The notes below the pieces were generated by a model. The model did not search any database. It saw only the letters and a list, made by a program, of their open reading frames with translations, and was not told where the DNA came from. DNA of 64,000 nucleotides from Rhodobacterales bacterium. Lineage in GTDB: Bacteria; Pseudomonadota; Alphaproteobacteria; Rhodobacterales; Rhodobacteraceae. This document shows positions 27,757-35,921 of the stretch, one piece after another. The stretch's first letter is position 1. Each line of letters begins with the position of its first letter. Position numbers and translations under genes: made by a program. The stretch lies in contig JBBSJO010000001.1 in NCBI GenBank assembly GCA_038257185.1, positions 10,665 to 74,664 of the forward strand, read 5' to 3'.

Positions 27757-29931
27757 TCAATCCTCCGTATGGGTCAGCTTGGGGACATCGGTGGCACCGG
27801 CGGAACCGCGCCCCGAAAGCGAGGGGTTTTCCATGAAGAACCGGTGGCAGTTGAAGGCGAACTGGCCTTCGGGGACGGCGCTGCGCTCGAAGGTGCCATC
27901 GGGCGCCATGACCCAGCTTTGGGCCACATCCGCGAGGTTGGCGGCCATGATCTGGCTGGTGATCTGCGCCTTGACGGTGGCGTTCTCGATCTCCACCAGC
28001 GTCTCCACCCGGCGGTTCAGGTTGCGGCCCATCCAGTCGGCGGAAGAGATGAAGACCCGCGCCTTCTTGTGCGGCAGCCCGAAGCCATTGCCAAAACAGA
28101 CGATACGCGAATGTTCGAGGAAGCGCCCGACGATGGATTTCACGCGGATGTTGTCGCTCAGCCCCTTCACGCCGGGACGCAGCCCGCAGATGCCGCGCAC
28201 CACCAGACTGATCTTCACGCCCTTCTGGGAGGCGGCGTAGAGGGCGTCGATGACTTCGTCGTCGATGATGGAGTTCATCTTGGCCCAGATTTCGGCGGGT
28301 TTTCCGGCTTCGGCATGCTCGCCTTCGGCCTTGATCATTGCCAGCAGGCGCGGCTTCAGTGTGGTGGGCGAGATCGCGAGGTTATCGAGCCTTTCGGGCT
28401 GGGCGTAGCCCGAGAGGTAGTTGAAGACCTTCGTGGCGTCGCGCCCCAGTTTCTGGTCGCAGGTAAAGAGCGACAGGTCGGTGTAGATGCGCGCCGTTAT
28501 CGGGTGGTAGTTGCCGGTGCCGTAGTGGGTGTAGGTCACCAGCTGGTTGCCCTCGCGCCGCACCACGGTAGAGATCTTGGCGTGGGTCTTGAGGTCGATG
28601 AAGCCATAGACCACATGCGCGCCCGCACGTTCCAGCCGCCGCGACTGGCGGATGTTGGCGGCCTCGTCGAAGCGGGCCTTGAGCTCCACCAGTGCCGTGA
28701 CAGACTTGCCGTCCTCGGCCGCCTCGCAGAGCGCCTCCACAATGGGGCTGTCGCGCGAGGTGCGGTAAAGCGTCTGCTTGATCGCTACGACCTGAGGATC
28801 GCGCGCGGCCTGTGCGAGGAAACGCACCACCATGTCGAAAGTCTCGTAGGGGTGGTGCAGCAGCATGTCCTTTTGCCGGATTGCCGCGAGCATGTCGCCA
28901 TCGTGGTCGGAGACCCGTTCGGGAATGCGCGGCGTGAATTGCGGCCACAGCAGGTCGGGGCGCGCATCTGTCACCAGTTCGCTGAGATCGTCGATGCCGA
29001 TCATGCCGTCGATCTCGATCACGTCGCGGTCGTGCACCCCAAGCGATTCCATGACCACGGTCTTCAGCTTCTCCGGGGCGCCTGCAGAATGGGTCAGGCG
29101 TACCACCTCCCCCCGACGGCGGCGTTTGAGCGCCACCTCGAACTCGCGCACGAGGTCCTCGGCCTCTTCCTCCACCTCGAGGTCGCTGTCGCGCAGCACG
29201 CGAAATTCGAAATGCGCCCTCAGCTTGTAGCCGGGGAAGAGCCCCGGAATATTGATCACCAGCAGGTCTTCCAGCGGCAGGTAGCGCAGGCACCCCGGTT
29301 CGGCGGGCAAGGCCACGAAGCGGTCGATCTGCGCCGGGATCGGCAGCAGCGCCTGAAGCGGTCGCTTGTCGCGCTCGCGTTCGAGCTGCAGCGCCAGCGC
29401 GTAGCCGGTGTTGGGGATGAAGGGGAAGGGGTGCGCGGGGTCGATGGCCAGCGGCGACAGCACGGCGAAGACCTGGTTGAGGAAGACTTCCTTGAGGTAC
29501 TCACGGTCTCTCGGGGTGAGGTCGGCGGCGCGCTCCAGCATGATGTTCTGCGCGTCCATCGCGCTCATCAGGTCGACCAGCACGCGCTGCTGGTTCATCA
29601 TGAGGCGGCGCGCATCCTCGTTGATCAGCACCAGTTGCTCGGCGGGGCTGAGGCCGTCGGCGGCGGGCGTCGTATTGCCCGCCTGCGCCAGTTCGCGCAG
29701 GCCCGCGACGCGCACGGTGTAGAATTCGTCGAGGTTTCCGGCAGAGATCGACAGGAAGCGCAGGCGTTCCAGCAAGGGCACGCGGGGGTTTTCGGCTTCC
29801 TCCAGCACACGCCAGTTGAAGCTGAGCCAGCTCAGTTCTCGGTTGAAGAAGCGGCCCGGCCCGGTGATGTCGAGATCGGGCAGGTCGGTGGGGGGCGGGA
29901 ACGGCGCCTCTAGGAAATCGGCATGGGTCAT
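27757..29931 (-). CDS. ppk1: Polyphosphate kinase 1
   Basis: FFNRELSWL, LLHHPY, LKTHAK, GRFLEHSR, SADWM.RN. Confidence 0.97.
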   Translation of the reverse strand: MTHADFLEAPFPPPTDLPDLDITGPGRFFNRELSWLSFNWRVLEEAENPRVPLLERLRFLSISAGNLDEFYTVRVAGLRELAQAGNTTPAADGLSPAEQLVLINEDARRLMMNQQRVLVDLMSAMDAQNIMLERAADLTPRDREYLKEVFLNQVFAVLSPLAIDPAHPFPFIPNTGYALALQLERERDKRPLQALLPIPAQIDRFVALPAEPGCLRYLPLEDLLVINIPGLFPGYKLRAHFEFRVLRDSDLEVEEEAEDLVREFEVALKRRRRGEVVRLTHSAGAPEKLKTVVMESLGVHDRDVIEIDGMIGIDDLSELVTDARPDLLWPQFTPRIPERVSDHDGDMLAAIRQKDMLLHHPYETFDMVVRFLAQAARDPQVVAIKQTLYRTSRDSPIVEALCEAAEDGKSVTALVELKARFDEAANIRQSRRLERAGAHVVYGFIDLKTHAKISTVVRREGNQLVTYTHYGTGNYHPITARIYTDLSLFTCDQKLGRDATKVFNYLSGYAQPERLDNLAISPTTLKPRLLAMIKAEGEHAEAGKPAEIWAKMNSIIDDEVIDALYAASQKGVKISLVVRGICGLRPGVKGLSDNIRVKSIVGRFLEHSRIVCFGNGFGLPHKKARVFISSADWMGRNLNRRVETLVEIENATVKAQITSQIMAANLADVAQSWVMAPDGTFERSAVPEGQFAFNCHRFFMENPSLSGRGSAGATDVPKLTHTED

Positions 29932-29953
29932 GGCGGCCTTATGGCTCTGGTTT

Positions 29954-29971
29954 GTAACGATTTTGTGACGG
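29954..29971 (-). promoter_or_regulatory. Pho box upstream of ppk1
   Basis: Minus strand CCGTCAC-AAAA-TCGTTAC (11-bp period); ppk is a known PhoB target in alphaproteobacteria. Confidence 0.7.
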
Positions 29972-29997
29972 TGTTCGGGGTCCCGTCTGCCTTAGTA

Positions 29998-30678
29998 TCA
30001 CGCGCCTCCGGGGTCGTTGTCCAGCACGCGCGCGGCCAGATGCCGGGTCACGGGCCGTTTGAGCGCGAGGCTGGCGGCATCCAGCCGTTCGACGATGTCG
30101 ATGGCGGCGGCAAAGGAGCGGTCCATGCGGCTGAGCAGATAGGGTACGAGGTCGGGCCGGGGGGTCAGCTGCCGGTCAGCCAGCAGCTTGACCAGCAGGG
30201 CCGAGAGCAGTGCGTCGTCAGGAGGGGCAAGCGTGGCGGCGGTGGTGCCACGCAGACGGCTCATCAGGTCGGGCAGGGCAAGCGGCCACTGAGGTACTGC
30301 GCCTGATCCGGTCATCAGGAGGGCGTGACCTTCGGCCAGCACCAGATTGTGCAGGTGGAAAAGGGCGGTTTCAGCAGCGGCATCGCCCGCGATGTCGGGA
30401 ATATCTTCGACCGCGAGGGGGCCGGTTGCCAGATCGGGAGCGTCGGCAGGGGCAAGGCCCTGCGCGGAGACGATGCGAGCGCCACTCATGTCGGCCCAGA
30501 CGTGGGCCAAGTGCGTCTTGCCGGACCCTTGCGGCCCGGTCAGCACCAGCTTGCCGCCGGCCCAGTCGCGCCAGCCGTCGATCATCGCCATGGCCAGGGC
30601 ATTGGACGGGGCGACCAGAAAGGCGTCGCGCCCCAGCGCGGTGCGGCCGGGCAGGTCGAGACCCAACTGTCGGCTCAT
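29998..30678 (-). CDS. hdaA: DnaA regulatory inactivator Hda/HdaA
   Basis: N-terminal QLGLDL clamp-binding motif, GPQGSGKTHL, DLMSRL. Confidence 0.88.
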   Translation of the reverse strand: MSRQLGLDLPGRTALGRDAFLVAPSNALAMAMIDGWRDWAGGKLVLTGPQGSGKTHLAHVWADMSGARIVSAQGLAPADAPDLATGPLAVEDIPDIAGDAAAETALFHLHNLVLAEGHALLMTGSGAVPQWPLALPDLMSRLRGTTAATLAPPDDALLSALLVKLLADRQLTPRPDLVPYLLSRMDRSFAAAIDIVERLDAASLALKRPVTRHLAARVLDNDPGGA

Positions 30679-30679
30679 T

Positions 30680-31762
30680 TCAGGGAAGATCCTGCCGCGG
30701 GGAGGGCGGCGCTTCGCTGCCCTTGTAGAGCTGGCTTTGTTGGTACTGGTCGACCGCGAAGCGCGCGATCACGCCGAAGGCCGCTGCCACCGGCACCGCG
30801 ATCAGCATGCCGACGAAACCGAAGAGCGTGCCGAAGACGGATAGCGCCAGCAGCAGCCATACCGGGTGGAGGCCGACGGAGTTGCCGACGAGGCGGGGCG
30901 TGAGCACGTTGCCCTCCACCACCTGGCCCACGGCAAAGATACCCGCGACCAGCCCGATGGAGACCCAGTCACCCCAGAACTGGAAAAGGGCGAGGCCGAT
31001 GGCCAAGGTCCCTCCGATGAGGGCACCGAGGTAGGGGATGAAGGTGATGAGGCCGGCGATGAACCCCACCACCAGCCCGAATTGCAGCCCAACCAGCATC
31101 AGGGCGATGGCGTAGTAGGTGCCGAGGATCAGGCAGACGGTGCCCATTCCGCGCACGAAAGAGGCCAGTGTGCGATCAATGTCGCGCGCCAGCATGCGGA
31201 TCGTGGGGGCGTGCTCGCGCGGCAGCAAGGCGTCGACGGAGGCCACCATGCGGTCCCAGTCGAGCAGCAGGTAAACTGCCACGACAGGCACGATGACGAA
31301 AAGCAGCAACACGTTGATGATGGAGGCAAAGGAAGCCAGCGCCGTCTGCAGGAACTCGCCACCGCGTTCCTGTATGGTCGTGCCGATTGTAGTCAGTGAC
31401 GTGCGCAGGGTGGAGCCTTCTTCGGTGACGGATGGGAAGCGCGTGGTCAGGAAGTCGGTGAAATCGCGGAAGAGGTTGGGGGCGGTGTCCACCAGGCTAA
31501 CGGCCTGATTGACGAGTGTCGGAATGACGAGCAGGGCCATCAGGACGAAGATCATCAGGGCCACGAAGGTGATGACGGCGGTGGCCATGCCGCGGCTGAG
31601 ACCCAGCCGTTCGAGCCTGTCGGCCAGCGGGTCGAGGAAATAGGCGATTGCGGCGCCCATCAGGAAGGGCACCAGCACGTTGCCGAGGAACCACAGTGCC
31701 ACCATGAACACCGCTGCCGCGATGCCCCAGTATTTCAGTTGATCGCGGATCGGCAGGGCCAT
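30680..31762 (-). CDS. AI-2E (PerM) family transporter
   Basis: AYFLDPL..RLE, FIPYLG, EGNVLTPRLVG..VGLHPVW; usual neighbour of hdaA. Confidence 0.92.
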   Translation of the reverse strand: MALPIRDQLKYWGIAAAVFMVALWFLGNVLVPFLMGAAIAYFLDPLADRLERLGLSRGMATAVITFVALMIFVLMALLVIPTLVNQAVSLVDTAPNLFRDFTDFLTTRFPSVTEEGSTLRTSLTTIGTTIQERGGEFLQTALASFASIINVLLLFVIVPVVAVYLLLDWDRMVASVDALLPREHAPTIRMLARDIDRTLASFVRGMGTVCLILGTYYAIALMLVGLQFGLVVGFIAGLITFIPYLGALIGGTLAIGLALFQFWGDWVSIGLVAGIFAVGQVVEGNVLTPRLVGNSVGLHPVWLLLALSVFGTLFGFVGMLIAVPVAAAFGVIARFAVDQYQQSQLYKGSEAPPSPRQDLP

Positions 31763-31945
31763 CGGTCGCTCCGGCAAGGGTGTGGTCAAGACATCGCCCA
31801 TGGCGGCGCTTGTTTCAAGGGCCGGGTGCAGAAGAACACGCGGAACACGCTTTAATCGGACGTTCCTTCAGGCTCCTTGTCGAGAGTGGGGCTGTGGCTA
31901 CGGTTCAGTCGTGCAAAACCGTCGACCTGTCAAAGCGCATCACCC

Positions 31946-32515
31946 TCAGCTCTCTTTATCCCCATCCACCAGCGTCTTGATGATCGCGCGCGCGCTTGCG
32001 CTGGACCAGTCCGCATCGCCCCGCAGGCGGGCGATTTCGCGGCCTTCGGGGTCAAGGATCACGGTAATCGGCAGACCGAAGATGCCCATCTGGCTGGCAA
32101 GTTGCTGCTGGGGGTCCTGATGGCGCGGCAGGCTGTCAACTCCGGCTTCCGCGAAGAACCGTTGGATCCCTTCGGGGGAGTTGCGGCCCACGGCGATGGT
32201 CAGGACTTCGAACTTGTCGCCGCCGAATTCCTTTTGCAACGCATTGATCTGCGGCATTTCCTTGCGGCAGGGCGCGCACCAAGTAGCCCAGAAGTTCACC
32301 AGCACGTACTTGCCCTTGTAGTCGGCCAGCGTGGCGGTGCCCGCGTCGTCGGCGAGGTTGAACGGCGCGTCAGAGGTGGCTTCGGGCGTGTCATGGATGA
32401 CGAGCTTCTTCATGTCGCCGTCGCGCAGCCCGGCGATGTCCGGTGTCTGAGCCCAGCCGGGGTTTGCACCCAGCGTGAACGCCGTATAAGCAAGCGCCAA
32501 CACAAGTTTCTTCAT
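31946..32515 (-). CDS. TlpA family thiol-disulfide reductase
   Basis: Signal peptide and [16 protein letters not shown]. Confidence 0.92.
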   Translation of the reverse strand: MKKLVLALAYTAFTLGANPGWAQTPDIAGLRDGDMKKLVIHDTPEATSDAPFNLADDAGTATLADYKGKYVLVNFWATWCAPCRKEMPQINALQKEFGGDKFEVLTIAVGRNSPEGIQRFFAEAGVDSLPRHQDPQQQLASQMGIFGLPITVILDPEGREIARLRGDADWSSASARAIIKTLVDGDKES

Positions 32516-32537
32516 CTGTCCCTCCGAGGGTTTCACC

Positions 32538-33929
32538 ATGACCGACACGACCTCCAACACGATGTGGGGCGGCCGCTTTGCCGCCGGTCCCGACGCGATC
32601 ATGGAGGCGATCAACGCCTCGATCGGGTTCGACAGGCGGATGGCCGCACAGGACATCGCGGGATCGCGCGCCCATGCCGCCATGCTGGCAGCCACGGGCA
32701 TCCTGACTGATAGCGATGCGCAAGCGATACGGGAAGGCCTGCTCACGATCTTGTCAGAGATCGAGGGGGGCACCTTCGAGTTTTCCACGGCGCTTGAGGA
32801 CATCCACATGAACGTGGAAGCGCGTCTGAAGACGCTGATCGGGGAGCCTGCGGGGCGGCTGCACACGGGTCGCTCGCGCAACGATCAGGTGGCGACGGAC
32901 TTCAAGCTCTGGGTGCGCGATCAACTGGATGCGGCGGAGGCGGGCCTCGCAGCGCTCGTGCAGGCGCTTCTCGGCCAGGCCGAGGCGGGGGCGGATTGGG
33001 TCATGCCGGGGTTCACGCACCTGCAGACCGCGCAGCCGGTGACCTGGGGCCATCACATGATGGCCTATGTGGAGATGTTCGGGCGCGACATGGGCCGGAT
33101 GCGGGATGCGCGGGTCCGGATGAACGAATGTCCGCTGGGGGCGGCAGCACTGGCGGGCACGTCCTTCCCTATCGACCGGGAGATGACGGCGGGCGCCCTG
33201 GGCTTCGACCGCCCTTCGGCCAATTCTCTGGATGCGGTGAGCGACCGGGATTTTGCGCTGGAGTTTCTGGGTGCTGCGAGCATCTGCGCGATGCATCTGA
33301 GCCGTTTTGCGGAAGAACTGGTGATCTGGTCTTCGGCGCAGTTCCGGTTCGTGGCGCTGAGTGACCGTTTCTCGACCGGCTCAAGCATCATGCCGCAGAA
33401 GAAGAACCCCGACGCGGCGGAGCTGATCCGCGCCAAGGTGGGCCGCATCTTCGGGGCGAACACCGCGCTGATGATGGTGATGAAGGGGCTGCCGCTGGCC
33501 TATTCCAAGGACATGCAGGAAGACAAGGAGCAGGTTTTTGACGCCGCCGACAACCTGATGCTGGCGCTGGCCGCGATGGAGGGCATGGTGCGCGACATGA
33601 CGGCGCATCGCGAGGCCCTCGCGGCGGCGGCGGGCAACGGGTTTTCCACCGCGACCGATCTGGCGGACTGGCTGGTGCGGGTGCCGGGCCTGCCCTTCCG
33701 CGACGCGCACCACGCGACCGGCGCGCTGGTCGGCATGGCTGAAAAGCAGGGCTGCGACCTGCCGGACCTCACGCTGGAGCAGATGCAGTCGGTACACCCG
33801 GAGATCACGGCAGAGGTCTTCGACGTTCTGGGTGTGGAAAATTCGGTGAATTCGCGTATGTCTTACGGGGGCACCGCACCGGAGCAGGTGCGGACCCAGA
33901 TCGCACGGTGGAAGGAAAAACTGGCATGA
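32538..33929 (+). CDS. argH: Argininosuccinate lyase
   Basis: [28 protein letters not shown]. Confidence 0.97.
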   Translation: MTDTTSNTMWGGRFAAGPDAIMEAINASIGFDRRMAAQDIAGSRAHAAMLAATGILTDSDAQAIREGLLTILSEIEGGTFEFSTALEDIHMNVEARLKTLIGEPAGRLHTGRSRNDQVATDFKLWVRDQLDAAEAGLAALVQALLGQAEAGADWVMPGFTHLQTAQPVTWGHHMMAYVEMFGRDMGRMRDARVRMNECPLGAAALAGTSFPIDREMTAGALGFDRPSANSLDAVSDRDFALEFLGAASICAMHLSRFAEELVIWSSAQFRFVALSDRFSTGSSIMPQKKNPDAAELIRAKVGRIFGANTALMMVMKGLPLAYSKDMQEDKEQVFDAADNLMLALAAMEGMVRDMTAHREALAAAAGNGFSTATDLADWLVRVPGLPFRDAHHATGALVGMAEKQGCDLPDLTLEQMQSVHPEITAEVFDVLGVENSVNSRMSYGGTAPEQVRTQIARWKEKLA

Positions 33930-34099
33930 GACTTGCACTTTGGCTGGCTGGCGCCGCCCTGCTGGGCGGCTGCGGCGCGGACGGCGAACCGATCCCGCCT
34001 TCGGCGTCGGTGACTTTGAACAATAGCGGCGTGTCAGTCGGGACCTCGGTCGGTTACCGCCATGGGCCTGTCGCCCTGTCGTTGGGGTTGGGGTTGTGA
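33926..34099 (+). CDS. 57-aa lipoprotein A (LptM/YifL-like position and N-terminus)
   Basis: ATGA-coupled to argH; lipobox LGGC then GADGEPIPP; C-terminal alternating beta-strands. Confidence 0.85.
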   Translation: MRLALWLAGAALLGGCGADGEPIPPSASVTLNNSGVSVGTSVGYRHGPVALSLGLGL

Positions 34100-34266
34100 G
34101 GGGGGCACTCGTCGTCCTCGCTCTGATTGCGATGGGCGGTTGCACGGGTTCGGCTGATGAGGAGCGCGTGCCGAGGCGGTCAGACACGCGGCAGCTTCCC
34201 ACCAATACCGAACCGGGCCTGCATGTGTCGGGCCATGTGAATATCGGTGTGGTGAAGAGTTTCTGA
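34096..34266 (+). CDS. 56-aa lipoprotein B (not in ORF track)
   Basis: GTGA overlap with lipoprotein A; [23 protein letters not shown]...PGLHVSGHVNIGVVKSF; its stop is 1 nt before the next ATG. Confidence 0.8.
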   Translation: MRGALVVLALIAMGGCTGSADEERVPRRSDTRQLPTNTEPGLHVSGHVNIGVVKSF

Positions 34267-34267
34267 C

Positions 34268-34585
34268 ATGTCTGTCCTGCGCATGATCTACCTCGCGCTG
34301 GCGCTCTGGGGGGCGGTGCATCCGATGTACTGGTTCGTAACCTGGTTCGCGCAGCATGGCGTGGATCTTGGCGGCATGGTCGCGGCATGGCACGCCAATG
34401 CCGCCTCCAGCGGGCTGGTCTGGGACCTGACCATCGCCGCCGTCACGCTGACGGTCTGGATTGTGGCGGAGGTCGCCGTGCGGCGGAACTGGGTCGCATT
34501 GATTGCGATTCCCGCGACCTTCTGTATTGGGGTGAGCTGCGGGTTGCCGCTCTATCTGTTTTTGCGGACGGCACCGGTTCGTTAG
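34268..34585 (+). CDS. DUF2834-like small membrane protein
   Basis: Three hydrophobic segments, WDLTIAA, IGVSCGLPLYL.LR. Confidence 0.82.
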   Translation: MSVLRMIYLALALWGAVHPMYWFVTWFAQHGVDLGGMVAAWHANAASSGLVWDLTIAAVTLTVWIVAEVAVRRNWVALIAIPATFCIGVSCGLPLYLFLRTAPVR

Positions 34586-34588
34586 GAC

Positions 34589-34626
34589 GGGAGCCTCCGG
34601 CGGGGAATATTTAAGGCCAAAAAGAG
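34589..34626 (-). repeat. Diverged member of the repeat family, before lysA
   Basis: GGGAGCCTCCGGCGGGGAATATTTAAGGCCAAAAAGAG; the reverse complement CTCTTTTTGGCCTTAAATATTCC resembles the YTTCA..AAATAYC core. Confidence 0.45.
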
Positions 34627-34627
34627 T

Positions 34628-35893
34628 ATGGATCATTTCCTCTATCGCGACGGCACACTTTACGCCGAGGATGTCGCCGTGGCCGAGATTGCGGCGGCGG
34701 TCGGCACACCCTTCTACGTCTATTCCACGGCCACGCTGCTGCGGCACTACCAGCTTTTCGACGAGGCGCTGGCGGGGATGGAGCATCTGGTGTGCTATGC
34801 CATGAAGGCCAATTCCAATCAGGCGGTGTTGCGGACGTTGGCGCAGGCCGGGGCGGGGATGGATGTTGTGTCGGGCGGCGAGTACCTGCGCGCCAAGGCG
34901 GCGGGCGTGCCGGGCGAGCGGATCGTTTTCTCGGGCGTCGGCAAGACGGCAGCGGAAATCCGATTGGCTTTGGAGGGCGGCATCCGCCAGTTCAACGTGG
35001 AGAGCGAGCCGGAGATGGTGGTGCTTGATGCGGTGGCGCAGAGCCTTGGGGTGGTGGCGCCGATCACGATCCGGGTGAACCCGGACGTGGATGCCAGGAC
35101 CCATGCCAAGATCGCCACGGGCAAGTCGGAGAACAAGTTCGGCATTCCCATCGCGCGGGCGCGGGACGTTTATGCCATGGCGGCGAAAATGCCGGGGCTG
35201 GATGTGATTGGCATCGATGTGCATATCGGCAGCCAGCTGACCGATCTTGCCCCTTACGAGCAGGCCTATGCCAAGGTGGCAGACCTCACTGAGGTGCTGC
35301 GTGCGGATGGCCATGTGATCCGGCGGCTGGATCTGGGTGGGGGTCTCGGGATTCCCTATGAGCGGACCAATACCGCGCCGCCGCTGCCATCTGATTACGG
35401 CGCACTGGTGCAGCGGACATTGGGGCATCTCGGCTGCGAGATCGAGATCGAGCCGGGGCGGCTGATCGCGGGGAATGCGGGGCTGATGGTAAGCGAGGTC
35501 ATTTATGTCAAATCCGGCGAGGGGCGCGACTTCCTGATCCTCGACGGGGCGATGAACGACCTGATCCGGCCTGCGATGTACGACGCCTGGCACGACATCG
35601 TCCCGGTGATCGAACCTGCACCGGGTGCAGAGCAGGCCCCCATCGACATCGTGGGGCCGGTCTGCGAATCCGGGGACACCTTTGCGAAACAGCGGATGAT
35701 GCCGCCCTTGGTCGCGGGCGACCTCGTGGCCTTCCGCAGTGCGGGGGCCTACGGTGCCGTAATGAGCAGCGAGTACAATTCGCGGGCACTTATTCCCGAA
35801 GTGCTGGTGAAGGACGATCAATTTGCGGTTATTCGCCCACGTCCGACCTTTGACGAAATGATAAATCGCGATACCATCCCACAGTGGCTATGA
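34628..35893 (+). CDS. lysA: Diaminopimelate decarboxylase
   Basis: YAMKANSN PLP-lysine motif, HIGSQ, EPGR, GPVCESGD, GAYG. Confidence 0.97.
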   Translation: MDHFLYRDGTLYAEDVAVAEIAAAVGTPFYVYSTATLLRHYQLFDEALAGMEHLVCYAMKANSNQAVLRTLAQAGAGMDVVSGGEYLRAKAAGVPGERIVFSGVGKTAAEIRLALEGGIRQFNVESEPEMVVLDAVAQSLGVVAPITIRVNPDVDARTHAKIATGKSENKFGIPIARARDVYAMAAKMPGLDVIGIDVHIGSQLTDLAPYEQAYAKVADLTEVLRADGHVIRRLDLGGGLGIPYERTNTAPPLPSDYGALVQRTLGHLGCEIEIEPGRLIAGNAGLMVSEVIYVKSGEGRDFLILDGAMNDLIRPAMYDAWHDIVPVIEPAPGAEQAPIDIVGPVCESGDTFAKQRMMPPLVAGDLVAFRSAGAYGAVMSSEYNSRALIPEVLVKDDQFAVIRPRPTFDEMINRDTIPQWL

Positions 35894-35921
35894 TGGCGTG
35901 TCGCCGTCATGGCACCGGGAG

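Noticed and set aside
27715-29913. 732-aa plus-strand ORF
   Set aside because: Antisense to ppk1; artefact of codon bias. The same applies to the other long overlapping ORFs (e.g. 4130-5353, 34034-35821, 59403-61205).
31842-31865. GGAAC...CGTT(CC) upstream of the AI-2E gene as an EcfG promoter or LexA box
   Set aside because: Spacing is N14 (needs 16-17) and it faces the wrong way; the GAAC/GTTC pairs are N5, not N7.
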